Source of the DNA: an uncultured Phycisphaeraceae bacterium
GTDB taxonomy: Bacteria; Planctomycetota; Phycisphaerae; Phycisphaerales; Phycisphaeraceae
Assembly (NCBI GenBank): GCA_964502445.1
Contig: CAZCWM010000004.1
Location: forward strand, 127,977 to 191,976
Reading direction: 5' to 3'
DNA length: 64,000 nucleotides
The position numbers and the translations under genes are program-made. This document shows, one piece after another, positions 9,322 through 18,635 of this stretch. Positions within the stretch are counted from its first letter, which is position 1, and every line of letters starts with the position of its first letter. The notes below the pieces were generated by a model. It searched no databases and had not been told where the DNA came from. It saw only the letters and a list, made by a program, of their open reading frames with translations.

Positions 9322-10581
9322 ATGCGCAGTGTCACCGCGCCCCGGGGCTTTCTCGCGGCCGGGACGACCTGCGGCATCAAGCCCTCCGGCAAGCCGGACA
9401 TGACGCTGATCGTTTCCGACCGCCCGGCGGTGGCGGCGGGAACCTTCACCCGCAACAAGCTGCCCGGCGCCCCGCTGGCGGTGACGCGCGATCACCTGCG
9501 AGGCCGCACGACGCGGGCGGTGGTGTGCAATGCCGGCATCGCCAACGACGCCACGGGGAAACAGGGTGTGGCCAACGCATTGCGCACCTGCGAGCTCGTC
9601 GCCGAGACGTGCGGAGCCGGGATGACCAGCGCCCAGGTGCTGGTCGCGTCGACCGGCGTCATCGGGCCGCAACTGCCGATGGACAAGATCGAGCGCGGCG
9701 TGCGCGACATGGCCGCGCATCTCAACGCGGGCCCCACCGCCGACGCCGCGGCCGCACGCGGCATCATGACCACCGATCTCACCCCCAAGTCGGCTGTGCA
9801 TCGTTTCACGCTCGACGGCAAGCGGGTGACGCTCGGCGGCATCGCCAAGGGCAGCGGCATGATCGCGCCGAACATGGCGACGATGCTGGTCTTTCTTACC
9901 ACCGACCTGGCCGTCGAGCGGGCCCCGCTGCGGCAGGCGCTCAAGGCGGCCGTCGGCGAGAGCTTCAACCGCATCTCGGTCGACGGGCACACCAGCCCCA
10001 GCGACATGGTGCTGCTGCTGGCCAACGGCGCGGCCGGCAACAAGCCGATCACCGCGGCCGACCTGCGATCGGGCGGCAAGCGGTTTCGCACGCTGCTCGA
10101 ACACCTCACCGCGCTGTGCCGGGATCTTGCGTATCAGATCGTGGCCGACGGCGAAGGGGCGACGCGCATCTTCCGTGTGAAGGTGCGCGGGGCCGCCAGC
10201 GTGAAGGACGCTGACGCGGTCGGCCGCGTGGTCGTCAACAGCCCGCTGGTGAAGGCGGCCGTGCATGGCGGCGACCCGAACTGGGGCCGCATCGTTACCG
10301 CGGCCGCCAACAGTTCAGCCGCCCTCACGCCGGAAAAGCTCTCGCTCGCCCTCGGCGCTGCCGGCAAGAGTCCAGCCGTAGCCGGCAAGCCGATCACGGT
10401 CTTCCGCAAGGGCGCGCCCGTCGCGATGGACAAGCCGACGGTCAAGCGTCTGGGCAGGCTGATGACCGCGAAGGAAGTGATCTTTCACCTCGACCTGGGC
10501 CGGGGTCAGGCCGCGGCCGACTGGCTGGGCTGCGACCTGTCCAAGGAATACGTCCGTATCAACGCGGAATACACGACGTAG
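9322..10581 (+). CDS. argJ: Bifunctional glutamate N-acetyltransferase / amino-acid acetyltransferase
   Basis: VTAPRGFLAAGTTCGIKPSGKPDMTLIVSD, the autoprocessing site context ATMLVFLTTD, and the C-terminal INAEYTT are hallmark ArgJ sequences. The start is ATG 9322, with 9283 possible. Confidence 0.9.
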   Translation: MRSVTAPRGFLAAGTTCGIKPSGKPDMTLIVSDRPAVAAGTFTRNKLPGAPLAVTRDHLRGRTTRAVVCNAGIANDATGKQGVANALRTCELVAETCGAGMTSAQVLVASTGVIGPQLPMDKIERGVRDMAAHLNAGPTADAAAARGIMTTDLTPKSAVHRFTLDGKRVTLGGIAKGSGMIAPNMATMLVFLTTDLAVERAPLRQALKAAVGESFNRISVDGHTSPSDMVLLLANGAAGNKPITAADLRSGGKRFRTLLEHLTALCRDLAYQIVADGEGATRIFRVKVRGAASVKDADAVGRVVVNSPLVKAAVHGGDPNWGRIVTAAANSSAALTPEKLSLALGAAGKSPAVAGKPITVFRKGAPVAMDKPTVKRLGRLMTAKEVIFHLDLGRGQAAADWLGCDLSKEYVRINAEYTT

Positions 10582-10825
10582 GCGACGAACGAATCGGCGA
10601 GTCATCGGCCATACACGGCGTGCACAACGAGCCGCGAGCGTCAGCGAGTGGTCGGATCCGGATTGACCGCCGCAGCCAGAGCCCGTTTCTCGGGCCGTCA
10701 CTCGCAACGAGCAGGCAGACCGCTCCCTCACGGTCGCGGCTCGTCGTGACGACGATTGCCGGCGATGAATGGTGCTGGTTGACGGCAGGCGCCGCCGCTA
10801 GCCGCCCGCTCCGCCCGGTCGTATC

Positions 10826-11467
10826 ATGACGCGGATGAGCACCGCCACCGATACCGATCGTCACGTGATCGCCGCCCTCGTCACCAATGAGCCGGGCGTG
10901 CTGTCGCAGATTGCCGGCATGTTCGCGGCCCGCGGGTTCAACATCGACTCGCTGGTCGTCGGCCGCACCGAGAACCCCGAGCTGTCGCGCATGACCATCG
11001 TCGTGGCCGGCGACGCGGCGGTGCTCGAGCAGGTGCGCAAGCAGCTTCAGCGGCTGGTGTCGGTGGTGAAGGTCGTGGACTACAAGGACGTGCCTTACGT
11101 CGAGCGCGACCTGATGATGGTGCAGGTGTCGACCAAGGGGCCTGGGGGTCACGGCGGGGCGGGGCAGGATGCGGGAAGCGAGGCCCACGGGCGGGCGCGA
11201 TCGGAGTTGATCGAGCTGGCCAATCTGTTTCGCGCGAAGATCGTGGACGTGGCCAGCGACCGTCTGATGATCGAGCTGGCCGGCACGGAAGACAAGATCG
11301 AGGCTTTCATCCGCTTGGTGCAGCCGTACGGCGTGGTGGAGCTGGCGCGAACAGGGGTCATCGCGATGCTGCGCGGCGACGCGGGGTCGGGCAAGACCAG
11401 AGCAGGGGCCAAGCCTGGCGGCAAGGCGACGCCGACGGTGGATGCGGCCGACCTGCCTCCGGGCTGA
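10826..11467 (+). CDS. ilvN: Acetolactate synthase small (regulatory) subunit
   Basis: The ACT domain reads HVIAALVTNEPGVLSQIAGMFAARGFNIDSLVVGRTENPELSRMTIVV, followed by FRAKIVDV...ELAGTEDKIEAFIRLVQPYGVVELARTG. It contains a Gly-rich insert and a C-terminal extension. Confidence 0.85.
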   Translation: MTRMSTATDTDRHVIAALVTNEPGVLSQIAGMFAARGFNIDSLVVGRTENPELSRMTIVVAGDAAVLEQVRKQLQRLVSVVKVVDYKDVPYVERDLMMVQVSTKGPGGHGGAGQDAGSEAHGRARSELIELANLFRAKIVDVASDRLMIELAGTEDKIEAFIRLVQPYGVVELARTGVIAMLRGDAGSGKTRAGAKPGGKATPTVDAADLPPG

Positions 11468-11631
11468 GGCACCCGTCCAGCGCCGACGCGCGTGAAGCCG
11501 GTGCCGAACCCGGTCATGAGTAGCTCAACGCGGCACGGTCATCGAACCGATAGTACGCAAGACGGACCACGGCCCGCGCCGTCGGCCACCACGGTGCTTA
11601 TCGCCTGCCCATTGCGGATGCGGATTTACCC

Positions 11632-13410
11632 ATGACAGACCAGCGTCTGACCCTCGCCCACGTCACCCACGAGGCGGTCGAGCATCTCGGGGGCATCGGC
11701 ACCGTGCTTCAGGGCATGATGACCAGCCCGGTCTATCAGAAGCAGGTCAAGCGTTCCATCCTCGTGGGCCCGTCGGCCAATCACATGTCGACCGACGCCG
11801 AGTCGCGGCTGGGTGCCCACGGCAAGGTGCTTTACAGCTCGGTGGACGCGATCGACCGCAGCGGGCTGGCCCACAAGTTCCGCCCGATCGAATGGGCCTT
11901 CAACGTGGCGATCACCTACGGCACGCGGCGCTACGAGATGCCCGGGGAAAGCCGCACCGGCGAGGCCGAGGTGCTGCTCATCGACGTTTTCCGGTTCAAT
12001 CCCGATCGGCTGAACATCTTCAAGCTGCGGCTGTGGGAGTCGTTCGGCATCGACTCGGGCCGGTACGAGTCGGCCTGGGACTATGAGGAGTACGTGCGCC
12101 TGGCCGAGCCGGCCTACTACGCCATTCTCGCGCTGCTCGGCGACGACCCGAATCCGTGTGTGCTCTTCAGCCACGAGTTCATGGGCATGCCGGCCGCGTT
12201 GCAGGCGATCCTCGACGGCCAGCAGCGCTTCCGCACCGTTTTCCATGCCCACGAGTGCGCCACAGCCCGCCGTCTGGTCGAGGATCATCCCGGCCACGAC
12301 ACGATGTTCTACAACGTGCTGCGCCAGGCGATGGCCCGCGGTCAGAGCGTTGAGGACGTCTTCGGCGATCAGAGCCACCTGCTGCGGCATGCGCTGGTGA
12401 GCCGTGCCCACCTGCTGGATGGCGTGGTCGCGGTCGGCGACTGGACGAAGGAAGAGATGCGTTTTCTCAGCCCGCGGTTCGACGACAAGCCGATCGACCT
12501 GGTCTACAACGGCGTGCCGGCCATGCATGTCGACCTGGACAGCAAAACGGCCAGCCGGCGGATGCTCATCGATTACACGAACACGATTCTCGGCTACCGG
12601 CCGGACGTGGTGATGACGCATGTCACGCGGCCGGTCATCAGCAAGGGCCTGTGGCGCGATCTGAAGGTCTGCCATGAGATGGAGCGGCTGCTGGCGGCCG
12701 ACGACAAGACGGGTGTGCTCTACATCCTGACCAGCGGCGGGGGCGTGCGGCGGCAGCAGGACGTGCTGCGCATGGAGCAGAGCTACGGCTGGCCGGCGGC
12801 GCACCGCTTCGGCTTCCCCGACCTGGTGGGGCCAGAGACCGACCTGTGGCGCGACATCGACGCCTTCAACGCCGGCCACACGCGGATACAGGCGGTGCTG
12901 GTCAACCAGTTCGGCTGGTCGCGGTCGCGCATCGGCAAACGGCTTCCCGAGAACATGGATATCGCCGATCTTCGCCGGGCCACGGATGTCGAATTCGGCA
13001 TGGCGACCTACGAGCCGTTCGGCATCAGCCCGCTGGAGCCATTGGGCAGCGGCGCGGTGTGCGTGATCTCGAACGTGTGCGGCTGCAAGGGCTTTGTCGA
13101 TCACGTGGCCAACGGCTCGGGCGAGCCGAACGTCATCGAGGCCGACTTCACGATGCTCGACCATCCGCGGACGATCGACGAGCTGCTTCGTATGGACCGG
13201 CGTGAGCGGGACGCCATTGAGCAGAAGGTGGCCGGCGAGGTGGCCAGGCGGGTGTATGACGCCTTGCCCCGCGATGACCAGCAGCGTCGGCGGCTGATCG
13301 AGGGTGGCCAGGCCCTGGTGGCCCGCATGGGCTGGGACCAGGTGCTCGAAGAGGGGCTGCTGCCGCTGCTGCACCGGCTGGTGGCGTCGACCAACGGCGT
13401 GGCGGTGTGA
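11632..13410 (+). CDS. Glycosyltransferase, glycogen-synthase-like (GT3-like)
   Basis: HVTHEAVEHLGGIGTVLQGM resembles the GT3 glycogen synthase N-terminus (EVANKVGGIYTV). Also present are LFSHEFMGMPAAL and the nucleotide-sugar-binding-type MATYEPFGISPLEPLGSGAVCVISN. The family assignment is from memory. Confidence 0.6.
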   Translation: MTDQRLTLAHVTHEAVEHLGGIGTVLQGMMTSPVYQKQVKRSILVGPSANHMSTDAESRLGAHGKVLYSSVDAIDRSGLAHKFRPIEWAFNVAITYGTRRYEMPGESRTGEAEVLLIDVFRFNPDRLNIFKLRLWESFGIDSGRYESAWDYEEYVRLAEPAYYAILALLGDDPNPCVLFSHEFMGMPAALQAILDGQQRFRTVFHAHECATARRLVEDHPGHDTMFYNVLRQAMARGQSVEDVFGDQSHLLRHALVSRAHLLDGVVAVGDWTKEEMRFLSPRFDDKPIDLVYNGVPAMHVDLDSKTASRRMLIDYTNTILGYRPDVVMTHVTRPVISKGLWRDLKVCHEMERLLAADDKTGVLYILTSGGGVRRQQDVLRMEQSYGWPAAHRFGFPDLVGPETDLWRDIDAFNAGHTRIQAVLVNQFGWSRSRIGKRLPENMDIADLRRATDVEFGMATYEPFGISPLEPLGSGAVCVISNVCGCKGFVDHVANGSGEPNVIEADFTMLDHPRTIDELLRMDRRERDAIEQKVAGEVARRVYDALPRDDQQRRRLIEGGQALVARMGWDQVLEEGLLPLLHRLVASTNGVAV

Positions 13411-13585
13411 GGGGCTGGATTCTGCGGAGCGGGTGCAAGCCGGCGGGGTAGGTCGACCCCGTGGAACGGGATGACTACAATAGTCGGCCCCGCAGGGCGG
13501 CCGCGGCTGACCGCTCATGGAGCCCGATGGCCGGTGCGTGCCGGCGGCCAAGGCTCCGATGACTTGCTCCACTGAGGCCAGCACC

Positions 13586-13987
13586 ATGTTTCGCAAGATG
13601 ATGCGCGCCAAAATCCACCGGGCGACGGTGACGTTCGCCAACCCCGACTACGTCGGCTCGATCACCATCGATGCCGACCTGCTTCGGGCCGCGGACATCC
13701 GACCCAACGAGGCGGTGCACGTGCTGGACATCGACAATGGGGCGCGGTTCGAGACCTATGTGATCCGCGGCGAGGCGGGTTCGGGGGTCATCGGCATCAA
13801 CGGGGCGGCCGCCCGACTGACCGACGTGGGCCACAAGGTCATTGTCGTGGCGTACGGCCTGCTCGACGAGGCCGTCCTGGACGAGCATGTCGGCCGCGTC
13901 ATCGTGGTCAACGAGCACAACCACATCGCCCAGCGGCTGACCTATGACAGCCGTCATCACCCGGCCGACGAGCCCGCCGCGGTGTGA
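13586..13987 (+). CDS. panD: Aspartate 1-decarboxylase
   Basis: MFRKMMRAKIHRATVTFANPDYVGSITIDADLL contains the conserved self-cleavage site (G-S in YVGSIT). The remainder (NGARFETYVI...GVIGINGAAARL) is canonical PanD. Confidence 0.9.
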   Translation: MFRKMMRAKIHRATVTFANPDYVGSITIDADLLRAADIRPNEAVHVLDIDNGARFETYVIRGEAGSGVIGINGAAARLTDVGHKVIVVAYGLLDEAVLDEHVGRVIVVNEHNHIAQRLTYDSRHHPADEPAAV

Positions 13988-14129
13988 GCAGCGGCCCGTG
14001 CCGCTGGTCGCCGGCTTCTGGATGCACATTACGGCGGATGGCAGGGGGGGATGGCACGCTCCAGACGCTACACTGGGGCGATCGGTCCGCATCGTCCCGC
14101 TTTCGTCTCCGTGTGGTCGCGATCCGCCC

Positions 14130-15791
14130 ATGGCCAAACGCCTTCGCCTGAGTCTGGCCAACAAGTGCCAACTGCTGTTCGGCGCCGCGGTGCTGCTGAT
14201 CCTCGCGGCGGCGTTGTCCGTGCCGTGGCATCGCATGCAGACACTGGTGACCGAGGGCCAGGAGGAGACGGCCCGGAAGCTGGCGGACGCCTGGCTCAAC
14301 GGCAAGATCGAACTGGGCTCGGAGCTGGCGCCTGTCGAGCAGTTGCGTCCGATCGAGGCGGCCGCCCCCGAACAGGGCCTGATGCTCACGCTCATCGACC
14401 GCGATGAGTTCGATCTGGCCGCCGGCCGCAGCGCGTTTCTCGCACGGGCCATCCAATTGTTCCAGACACGCGAGGATCGCCAGGAAATGTTCGAGCCAGG
14501 CGAGAAGGTGCGCGATCGGGCCGTCTTCCGCTACGCCCGGGCCATCCGACGCAGCGACTTGTCGCGGATCCGCAGCGGCGCGGCGGTGCGGTTCGATTCG
14601 GCCGTCGAGTCCACCGCCCTGGCCGATCCGGTGGAAATGGTTCTGCTGCTGCAACTGCGCACCGAAATCGTCGCCCGGCAGCTGGTGCGCAACCGCGTTT
14701 ACATCGTCGCGGCGGGTCTGCTGGCAGGCCTGCTGGCCATCGCGGTGTTCTACTTCATTACCATGCGGATCATTCTTTCGCCTGTGCGCGTGCTGCGCGA
14801 CACCGCCGCCCGCGTGTCGGACGGCGACGTGGCCATCCGTTCGGACATCAATACCGGCGACGAGTTCGAGCAACTGTCGGACATGTTCAACACGATGCTC
14901 GAATCGCTCAAGGCCAACGAAGACAAGCTGCGGTCGGTCAACAAGAGCCTGGACCTGAAGCTCGGCGAGCTGGCGGAGAGCAACATCGTGCTGGATGAGG
15001 CCAACAAGCTCAAGAGCGAGTTTCTGGCCAACGTGTCGCACGAGCTGCGCACGCCGCTGCATTCGATCATCGGCTTCGCCGAGGTGTTGCAGGAGACGCT
15101 TGAAGGGCGGACGGGTCCGGTCGATGAAAAGCGTCAGCGTTACATAGGCAACATCATCACGTCCAGCCGGCGTCTGCTGGACCTGATCAACGACCTGCTG
15201 GACCTGGCGAAGATCGAGGCCGGCCGCCTGGAGGTGCACCTGAGCCCCCTGTCGGTACCCGACACCACCGAGGCCATGATCAACCTCATCCGCCCGCAGG
15301 CTGAGAAGAAGGGCGTGACGCTGCGCCGCAAAGTCGCGCCGAGCCTGCCCGTGGTGCAGACCGACCCGGGAAAGGTGCAGCAGATTCTGTTCAACTTCCT
15401 GTCCAACGCGGTGAAGTTCACGCCGCCGCAGGGCGCGGTGACCATCAGCGCGGCCGCAGAGGGCGCGGGCGACGGCGTGCAGAGCGCGGCGTCGGGGGTG
15501 CGCATCGCCGTCACCGACACCGGGCCGGGCATCGCGGCCGAGGACCATCAGCGCATTTTCGAGAAGTTCGTTCAGCTCGACGACACGGTGACGCGCGAAT
15601 TCGGCGGCACAGGTCTGGGCTTGACCATCAGCCGCGACCTGGCCAGGCTGCTGGGGGCGAAAATCGTGGTGGACAGCGATACGGGTCGAGGCGCCACCTT
15701 TGCCCTGGTGCTTCCGCTGACGCCGCCGGCCGCCACAGCCGCGCTCATGCCCGACGCGCCCCCCGCCGCGGACGCTGCCGCGCGCCACTGA
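14130..15791 (+). CDS. Sensor histidine kinase (TM - periplasmic region - TM - HAMP - HisKA - HATPase_c)
   Basis: H-box FLANVSHELRTPLHSIIGFAE, N-box QQILFNFLSNAVKFT, G-boxes DTGPGI and GGTGLGLTISR, and a HAMP-like segment after the second TM. No response regulator is adjacent. Confidence 0.85.
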   Translation: MAKRLRLSLANKCQLLFGAAVLLILAAALSVPWHRMQTLVTEGQEETARKLADAWLNGKIELGSELAPVEQLRPIEAAAPEQGLMLTLIDRDEFDLAAGRSAFLARAIQLFQTREDRQEMFEPGEKVRDRAVFRYARAIRRSDLSRIRSGAAVRFDSAVESTALADPVEMVLLLQLRTEIVARQLVRNRVYIVAAGLLAGLLAIAVFYFITMRIILSPVRVLRDTAARVSDGDVAIRSDINTGDEFEQLSDMFNTMLESLKANEDKLRSVNKSLDLKLGELAESNIVLDEANKLKSEFLANVSHELRTPLHSIIGFAEVLQETLEGRTGPVDEKRQRYIGNIITSSRRLLDLINDLLDLAKIEAGRLEVHLSPLSVPDTTEAMINLIRPQAEKKGVTLRRKVAPSLPVVQTDPGKVQQILFNFLSNAVKFTPPQGAVTISAAAEGAGDGVQSAASGVRIAVTDTGPGIAAEDHQRIFEKFVQLDDTVTREFGGTGLGLTISRDLARLLGAKIVVDSDTGRGATFALVLPLTPPAATAALMPDAPPAADAAARH

Positions 15792-15807
15792 TCGGGCCGC
15801 CGCCCCA

Positions 15808-17496
15808 TCACGGTCGGGCGAGCCGTGCCCCTGGTGGCTGCCGGTCGTCCAAGGCTCGCATCACGCCTGTGAGAACCTCATCGAGTCGGCGGCGAGCCAC
15901 GTCCATGTCCGTGGCCTGCGTCGGCGCATCCGCAGGGGCCAGCGGCGTCGAAACGCGAATCAGGCGACCGGCCATCGCTTGGCCGCGCAGGGCCCGCGCG
16001 GCCATCCGCGCGTGCTGGACGGTGAAGTTCGGCGTCGTCCGGCCCGCACACGCGTACACATAGCGATACAGCACACGCACGCCGGCATGGGCGACCAGCA
16101 GTTCGGTCACCGCCGTTCCCTCGGTCGTGAGCTGTTCGCTGCGCTCGATCAACGCATCGCCTCGGCCACCCAGACAGACTTCCGGCGGATGCAGCATGTC
16201 GCGTCGTCCCCCCGTCTCGATCAGCAGTGCGTCGACACCTGGCGCGCCGAAGCGCTGATACGACCAGCGTCCGGACGCCAGCCAGCGGCGGGTCGCCTGG
16301 TCGATGGGCAGAGGTCGGCCGACCACCCATCGGCCGTCGAGATTCAGCGCGACGCCGGGCATGAGCAGCGGGGCGGCTGACGTCGGCGCATCGCTTCGCA
16401 CAGCCGAAACCCCGCCGCTCAAGTTCATCGAGACCAGCATGGAGAGGGCGAGGACGGTCACGACGGCCCACGGTTCGAGCCGTGGCGCGGGCCGGTGCGC
16501 GTCGGGCGGCGCGGAGGCGGGTGCAACGTCGGCGGGTCTGCGAACGGCCGCCATGGCTCGCTCGATCAGCGTCAGGATCATCAGGGCGATGAGGAACAGA
16601 GCTGGCCCCGTCCAGTCGTGCAGCCAGCCGCCCTCGCTGGCGACGTCCACGCCCCAGCGCCCCGCGCCCGCGATGAGCACCGCCACACGCAGCACGTTCA
16701 GCGCGACCGCGAGGGGTAGCGCCGTCAGCAGCAGGACGACGCAGCGCCAGCCGCGCAGCCGGCACAGCGCGGCGAAAAGCGTGGCCGTGAACAGCATCGC
16801 CACCAGACTGCGCAGGCCGCTGCATACGCTGCCGATCAGCAGGGCGCCGTGGCTTTCGGCTCCCGTCGCGGTCGGCGCTGCGAGGAGAACGTAGCTGCCG
16901 TGTCGCGCGATCCCGCCACGGACCCATGGTTGGGCCAGCCCCATCGCGCCGTCGATGGCGATCTGCTTGAGCGTCAGATTGAGTTGCGCGATCCAGGCCA
17001 TCGGCCACGGCACGGCCAGCGCCGCGACCGCCAGGGCCCAACCGTAGCGTTTCAGTTCACGGATGCCGCCGATCGCCAATGCGATGCCCGCCAGGGCGGC
17101 GATCATCGCGTATGCGGACATGAACGTCACTCCCGCCCATCGGGACAGGCTGTGCACGGCCAGCGCGATCAGCAGGAGCAGCCAGCCCGCCAGTCGCGGC
17201 AGACGGGCGGTGGGTGCGGCAGCGAGTATGTCGGCGGTGCGTGAGCGTCTGGCCGCCCGCCACGCCAGGAACACCGCCGCGACGACAGCCCATAAGCCGT
17301 GGGCGAAGTACGAATCTCCCCCCAGCAGTCGCTGACGCAGCGGCTGATCGGTCATTTCCCACGCGGGAAACCAGCGATGCCACATTTCGATGAAAGTGCC
17401 CGCCCACAGCCCCATGATGAGCGCGGCGGCAGCGAACGTCGCCGCGACGAGCGACGCGCTCGATCGACACGACCAGGCGGTGGCGCGGTGCTTCAC
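15808..17496 (-). CDS. Exosortase fused to a C-terminal EpsI-family domain
   Basis: A polytopic membrane protein with the exosortase catalytic Cys motif (LIGSVCSGLRSLVAM), the conserved N..R (ALNVLRVAVL) and His (GGWLHDW). The C-terminal soluble domain has the EpsI-like HPPEVCLGGRG motif. GTG 17496 overlaps the upstream stop (GTGA). Confidence 0.8.
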   Translation of the reverse strand: MKHRATAWSCRSSASLVAATFAAAALIMGLWAGTFIEMWHRWFPAWEMTDQPLRQRLLGGDSYFAHGLWAVVAAVFLAWRAARRSRTADILAAAPTARLPRLAGWLLLLIALAVHSLSRWAGVTFMSAYAMIAALAGIALAIGGIRELKRYGWALAVAALAVPWPMAWIAQLNLTLKQIAIDGAMGLAQPWVRGGIARHGSYVLLAAPTATGAESHGALLIGSVCSGLRSLVAMLFTATLFAALCRLRGWRCVVLLLTALPLAVALNVLRVAVLIAGAGRWGVDVASEGGWLHDWTGPALFLIALMILTLIERAMAAVRRPADVAPASAPPDAHRPAPRLEPWAVVTVLALSMLVSMNLSGGVSAVRSDAPTSAAPLLMPGVALNLDGRWVVGRPLPIDQATRRWLASGRWSYQRFGAPGVDALLIETGGRRDMLHPPEVCLGGRGDALIERSEQLTTEGTAVTELLVAHAGVRVLYRYVYACAGRTTPNFTVQHARMAARALRGQAMAGRLIRVSTPLAPADAPTQATDMDVARRRLDEVLTGVMRALDDRQPPGARLARP

Positions 17497-18635
17497 GGGA
17501 TGCCGCTGACGATGTGGGGACCGACGATCTTGGTGACCCAGACGGGCAACTTCCGCCACAGGGCGATGCGGCGGCGGTACGCGGGGTTATCCGGCCGCAG
17601 TTGCCCGATCCGCCCTTCGCGGACGTAATACTGCCAGATGGTGGCCTGCGGCTTGGCGCCCCACTGTTTCTTGAAGCGGTAGGTGCCCGAGTCCTCGCTG
17701 CTGCGGCCGAAGTCGAACAGCCGGCTGCCGCGCTGATGGGCTCGCAACAGCAGGCGGTGGTACATCCACATATTGGCGTTGGTGTGGTTGAACGTCCGCA
17801 GGCACGATGCCGAGGGCACGGCCGTGGTGGCGGGCTCGGCGGCGGCGCGATGATGGGTGAGCAGCGCACCGGCGATGGCCTGGCCATCACAGGAAACGAC
17901 CGCGAGCTCGGCGGCTTCGAAGGTTTTGAGGATGCTGGCGAACAGCCGGCGCGGATAGACCGGCGTTCCCAGGTCGCGCATATTGACGGCGAATACGCGG
18001 TAGAAGTCGTCGAGCAGCTCCCGGCCGCCGAAGCGGATCGCGAGGTTGTGCTGTTCGCCTTTGCGGACCTGGTTGCGCACCTTGGACGGCAGCGCCTTCC
18101 AGATGGCGCTGGCGGCATCGTCGGCGGATGCGGTGTCAGGCAGTTCGAGCACCATGCGGAACTTGTCGTCGCGCGTGTGGTTCAAGGCTGGATGGTGGAT
18201 CGGCTGGCGCTGATGACGCAGCTCGAGATACTGGACGCCCAGCTCGTCGGCCAGGGCGACCGCTTGACCCACGAGAGCCGCCGCGGCCACGTCGTCATCG
18301 GCCACCACGCCGGCGCGGTTGAGGTAAGGCAGGCTCACGAGGAAGCGGCCGAACAACCGGCTGCGGACCAGGGCCAGGGGCATGAAGCCGCACATCCACC
18401 CGTTGGCTGTGGCGTCCCAGGCGATCAGCAGGTAGGGATCGTGGCCCATCGAGCGTCGCAGGACATCGAGCCAGCGCGGGTCATGTTCCCCGCTGCCCGC
18501 CAGGGCCGGCGGGTCGGCGGGCGTGGGGCATCGCTGGAGAAAGGCCCGCACCTGCTCGCCGATCGCGTCATCAGGGCGATGAATCACTTCGACGGTATGA
18601 CGTGGCCGCTCAGTACTGGAAGAGGACGCGATCAT
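17493..18635 (-). CDS. FemAB-family (GNAT-fold) protein, PEP-CTERM-system-associated type
   Basis: SRLFGRFLVSLPYLNRAG..., KVRNQVRKGEQ..., FYRVFAVNMRDLGTPVYPRRLF..., and NMWMYHRLLLRAHQRGSRLFDFGRSSEDSGTYRFKKQWGA are the blocks I associate with TIGR03019-type FemAB-related proteins. ATGA overlap with the upstream gene. Confidence 0.75.
   Translation of the reverse strand: MIASSSSTERPRHTVEVIHRPDDAIGEQVRAFLQRCPTPADPPALAGSGEHDPRWLDVLRRSMGHDPYLLIAWDATANGWMCGFMPLALVRSRLFGRFLVSLPYLNRAGVVADDDVAAAALVGQAVALADELGVQYLELRHQRQPIHHPALNHTRDDKFRMVLELPDTASADDAASAIWKALPSKVRNQVRKGEQHNLAIRFGGRELLDDFYRVFAVNMRDLGTPVYPRRLFASILKTFEAAELAVVSCDGQAIAGALLTHHRAAAEPATTAVPSASCLRTFNHTNANMWMYHRLLLRAHQRGSRLFDFGRSSEDSGTYRFKKQWGAKPQATIWQYYVREGRIGQLRPDNPAYRRRIALWRKLPVWVTKIVGPHIVSGIP

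Noticed and set aside
9046-9330. Possible integrated element next to the unusual tRNA, and likewise next to tRNA-Gly at 40122
   Set aside because: No integrase, direct repeat of the tRNA 3' end or compositional shift is visible on either side. The flanking genes are ordinary housekeeping genes.
11626-13641. 671-aa ORF on the minus strand
   Set aside because: It is antisense to the glycogen-synthase-like glycosyltransferase and to the panD start. It has low-complexity composition and no motifs.
13908-15788. 626-aa ORF on the minus strand
   Set aside because: It is an exact antisense of the histidine kinase, whose H, N and G boxes are unambiguous on the plus strand.
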